A stretch of 64,000 bases of DNA from Eledone cirrhosa (taxonomy: Eukaryota). The position numbers and the translations under genes were made by a program. A model generated the notes under the pieces. That model was not told the DNA's origin. It did not search any database and saw only the letters and a list, made by a program, of their open reading frames with translations. The stretch covers positions 135,656,001 through 135,720,000 of the forward strand of contig OZ024743.1 of assembly GCA_964016885.1 (NCBI GenBank), read 5' to 3'. Positions 61,801-64,000 of the stretch are shown piece after piece (the first letter of the stretch is position 1; every line of letters starts with the position of its first letter).

Positions 61801-64000
61801 GTGCTGCGTGCTTGGTGCTTGGTGCTGGTGCTTGGTGTTTGGTGCTTGGTGCTTGGTGTTTGTACTTGGTGTTTGGTGCTTGGTGTTTGGTGCTTGGTGC
61901 TTGGTGTTTGGTGCTTGGTGCTTGGTGCTTGGTGTTTGGTGCTTGGTGTTTGGTGCTTGGTGCCTGGTGCATGGTGTTTGTTGCTTGGTGCTTGGTGTTT
62001 GGTGTTTGGTGCTTGGTGTTTGGTGCTTGGTGCTTGGTGTTTGGTGTTTGGTGTTTGGTGCTTGCTGCTTGCTGCTTGGTGTTTGGTGCTTGGTGATTGG
62101 TGCTTGGTGTTTGGTGCTTGGTGCTTGGTGTTTGGTGCTAGGTGCTTGGTGCTTGGTGCTTGGTGTTTGGTGTTTGGTGCTTGGTACTTGGGGCTTTGTA
62201 TTTGGTGCTTGGTGCTTCGTGTTTGGTGTTTGGTGCTTGGTGCTTGGTGTTTGGTGCTTGGTGTTTGGTGCTTGGTGCTTGGTGCTGTGTGGTTGGCGTT
62301 TGGTTCTTGGTGCTTGGTGTTTGGTGCTTGGTGCTTGGTGTTTGGTGCTTGGTACTTGTTGTTTGGTGATTGGTGCTTGGTGCTTGGTGTTTGCTGTTTG
62401 GTGCTTGGGGCTTGGTGTTTGGTGCTGCGTGCTTGGTGCTTGGTGCTTGGTGCTTGGTGCTTGGTGTTTGGTGTTTGATGATTGGTGTTTGGTGTTTGGT
62501 GTTTGGTGCTTGGTGCTTGGTGTTTGGTGTTTGATGCTTGCTGCTTGATGCTTGGTGCTTGGTGCTTGGTGTTTGGTGCTTGGTGCTTGGTGTTTGGTGC
62601 TTGGTGCTTGGTGTTTGGTGTTTGGTGCTTCATGCTTGGTGCTTGGTGTTTGGTGCTTGGTGCTTGGTGTTTGGTGCTTGGTGCCTGGTGCATGGTGTTT
62701 GGTGCTTGATGCTTGGTGTTTGGTGTTTGGTGCTTGGTGTTTGGTGCTTGGTGCTTGGTGCTTGGTGTTAGGTGTTAGGTGTTTGATGCTTGGAGTTTGC
62801 TGTTTGGTGTTTGGTGTTTGCTGTTTGGTGTTTGGTCTTTGGTGCTTGGTCTTTGGTGCTTGGTGTTTGGTGCTTGGTGCTTGGTGTTTGGTGCTTGGTG
62901 CCTGGTGCTTGTTGTTTGGTGATTGGTGCTTGGTGTTTCCTGTTTGGTGTTTGGTGTTTGGTGTTTGCTGTTTTGTGTTTAGTGCTTGGTGCTTGGTGCT
63001 TGGTGTTTGGTGCTTGGTGCTTGGAGTTTGGTGCATGGTGCTTGATGCTTGGTGTTTGTACTTGGTGCTTGGTGCATGGTGTTTTGTGCTTGATTCTTGG
63101 TGTTTGGTGCTTGGTGTTTGGTGCTTAGTGCTTGGTGTTTGGTGTTTGGTACTTGGTGTTTGGTGCTTGGTGCTTGGTGCTTGGTGTTTGGTGTTTGGTG
63201 CTTCATGCTTGGTGCTTGGTGTTTGGTGCTTGGTGCTTGGTGTTTGGTGCTTGGTGCCTGGTGCATGGTGTTTGGTGCTTGATGCTTGGTGTTTGGTGTT
63301 TGATGCTTGGTGTTTGGTGCTTGGTGCTTGGTGCTTGGTGTTAGGTGTTAGGTGTTTGGTGATTGGTGCTTGGTGTTTGGTGCTTGGTGCTTGATGTTTG
63401 GTGCTTGGTGCTTGGTGTTTGGTGCTTGGTGTTTGGTGCTTTGTACTTGGGGCTTGGTGTTTGGTGCTTGGTGCTTGGTGTTTGGTGCTTGGTGATTAGT
63501 GTTGGGTGCTTGGTGCTTGGGGTTTGGTGTTTGGTGCTTCGTGCTTGGTGTTTGGTGCTTGGTGTTTGGTTTTTACTGTTTGGTGTTTGGTGTTTGCTGT
63601 TTGCTGTTTGCTGTTTGGTGTCTGCTTTTTGGTGTTTGGTGTTTGCTGTATCGTGTTTGCTGTTTCGTGTTTATTGTTTGCTGTTTGGTGTTTGGTGTTT
63701 GGTGTTTGGTGTTTCCTGTTTGGTGTTTAGTCTTTGGTGATTGGTGCTTGGTGCTTGGTGTTTGGTGTTTGGTGCTTGGTGCTTGGTGTTTGGTGCTTGG
63801 TACTTGTTGTTTGGTGATTGGTGCTTGGTGCTTGGTGTTTGCTGTTTGGTGCTTGGGGCTTGGTGTTTGGTGCTGCGTGCTTGGTGCTTGGTGCTTGGTG
63901 CTTGGTGCTTGGTGTTTGGTGTTTGATGATTGGTGTTTGGTGTTTGGTGTTTGGTGCTTGGTGCTTGGTGTTTGGTGTTTGATGCTTGCTGCTTGATGCT
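56280..64000 (+). repeat. Duplication with 5558-bp offset (about 56.3-58.4 kb copied at about 61.8-64.0 kb)
   Basis: ORF pairs 56584/62142, 56994/62552, 57232/62790 and 57941/63499 are offset by 5558. Confidence 0.87.

Larger units (their letters stand above)
1..64000 (+). repeat. Heptameric satellite array (TTGGTGY)n, ~9,100 monomers, running off both window ends
   Basis: Every line parses into TTGGTGC/TTGGTGT units or their 1-3 nt variants (TTGCTGT, TTGATGC, TTGGTGA, TAGGTGT, TTGGTAC, TTGGGGC). No non-repeat insert and no orientation switch seen. Confidence 0.99.

Noticed and set aside
19195-63036. Long minus-strand ORFs (569, 1026, 718, 563, 544 and 501 aa) resembling mucin or repeat antigens
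   Set aside because: The unit is 7 nt rather than a codon multiple, indels are not frame-preserving, and there are no non-repetitive termini or signal peptide.
2-63996. Hundreds of plus-strand hydrophobic ORFs (VLGAWCL repeats, up to 638 aa) resembling membrane proteins
   Set aside because: They overlap in all three frames with the same motif, mostly start at TTG or other non-ATG codons, and lack stops only because A is scarce. There is no unique domain or frame preference.
1-64000. CRISPR-like or other repeat-spacer system (islands separated by variable stretches)
   Set aside because: The intervening stretches are the same heptamer rather than unique spacers; there is no leader, cas gene or palindromic repeat.
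1-64000. Bacterial heptamer repeats such as cyanobacterial STRR (STRR2 TT(G/T)GTCA is similar)
   Set aside because: Those are short intergenic tracts among genes. A gene-free array of at least 64 kb with higher-order structure is not consistent with them, although the host cannot be proven from this window.
1-64000. RIP or methyl-CpG decay as the source of the variation
   Set aside because: The consensus has no CpG, and many variants are transversions (G->C, G->T, T->A). The C/T wobble sits in a CTT context, so it cannot be attributed to deamination without methylation data.
1-64000. Pure sequencing or assembly artefact, or synthetic sequence
   Set aside because: Rare variants and indels are shared hierarchically among copies that also carry private SNPs, as expected from real duplication history. 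The copy number of the youngest duplications still needs read validation.

Overview
The whole 64-kb window is one uninterrupted, single-orientation tandem array of a 7-bp monomer, TTGGTG(C/T) (minus strand RCACCAA), about 9,100 units (64000/7). I found no unique sequence, gene, RNA gene, transposon or CRISPR array. The ORF track is an artefact of the repeat: VLGAWCL-type motifs on the plus strand and TKHQAPS-type motifs on the minus strand. The information lies in a nested higher-order organisation that can be read from rare diagnostic variants and a small set of indels. The levels are the 7-bp monomer, a 21-bp C,C,T trimer tendency, a ~430-bp (59-62 unit) repeat built around a TTGCTGT-rich island, 1.2-5.6 kb near-identical duplications, and a ~22-25 kb recurrence. 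Variant subfamilies occupy distinct spatial domains. This best fits a eukaryotic heterochromatic satellite (centromeric, pericentromeric or subtelomeric) evolving by unequal exchange, but organism and function cannot be determined from this window. Offsets come from paired ORFs and hand-read markers; block boundaries are approximate.
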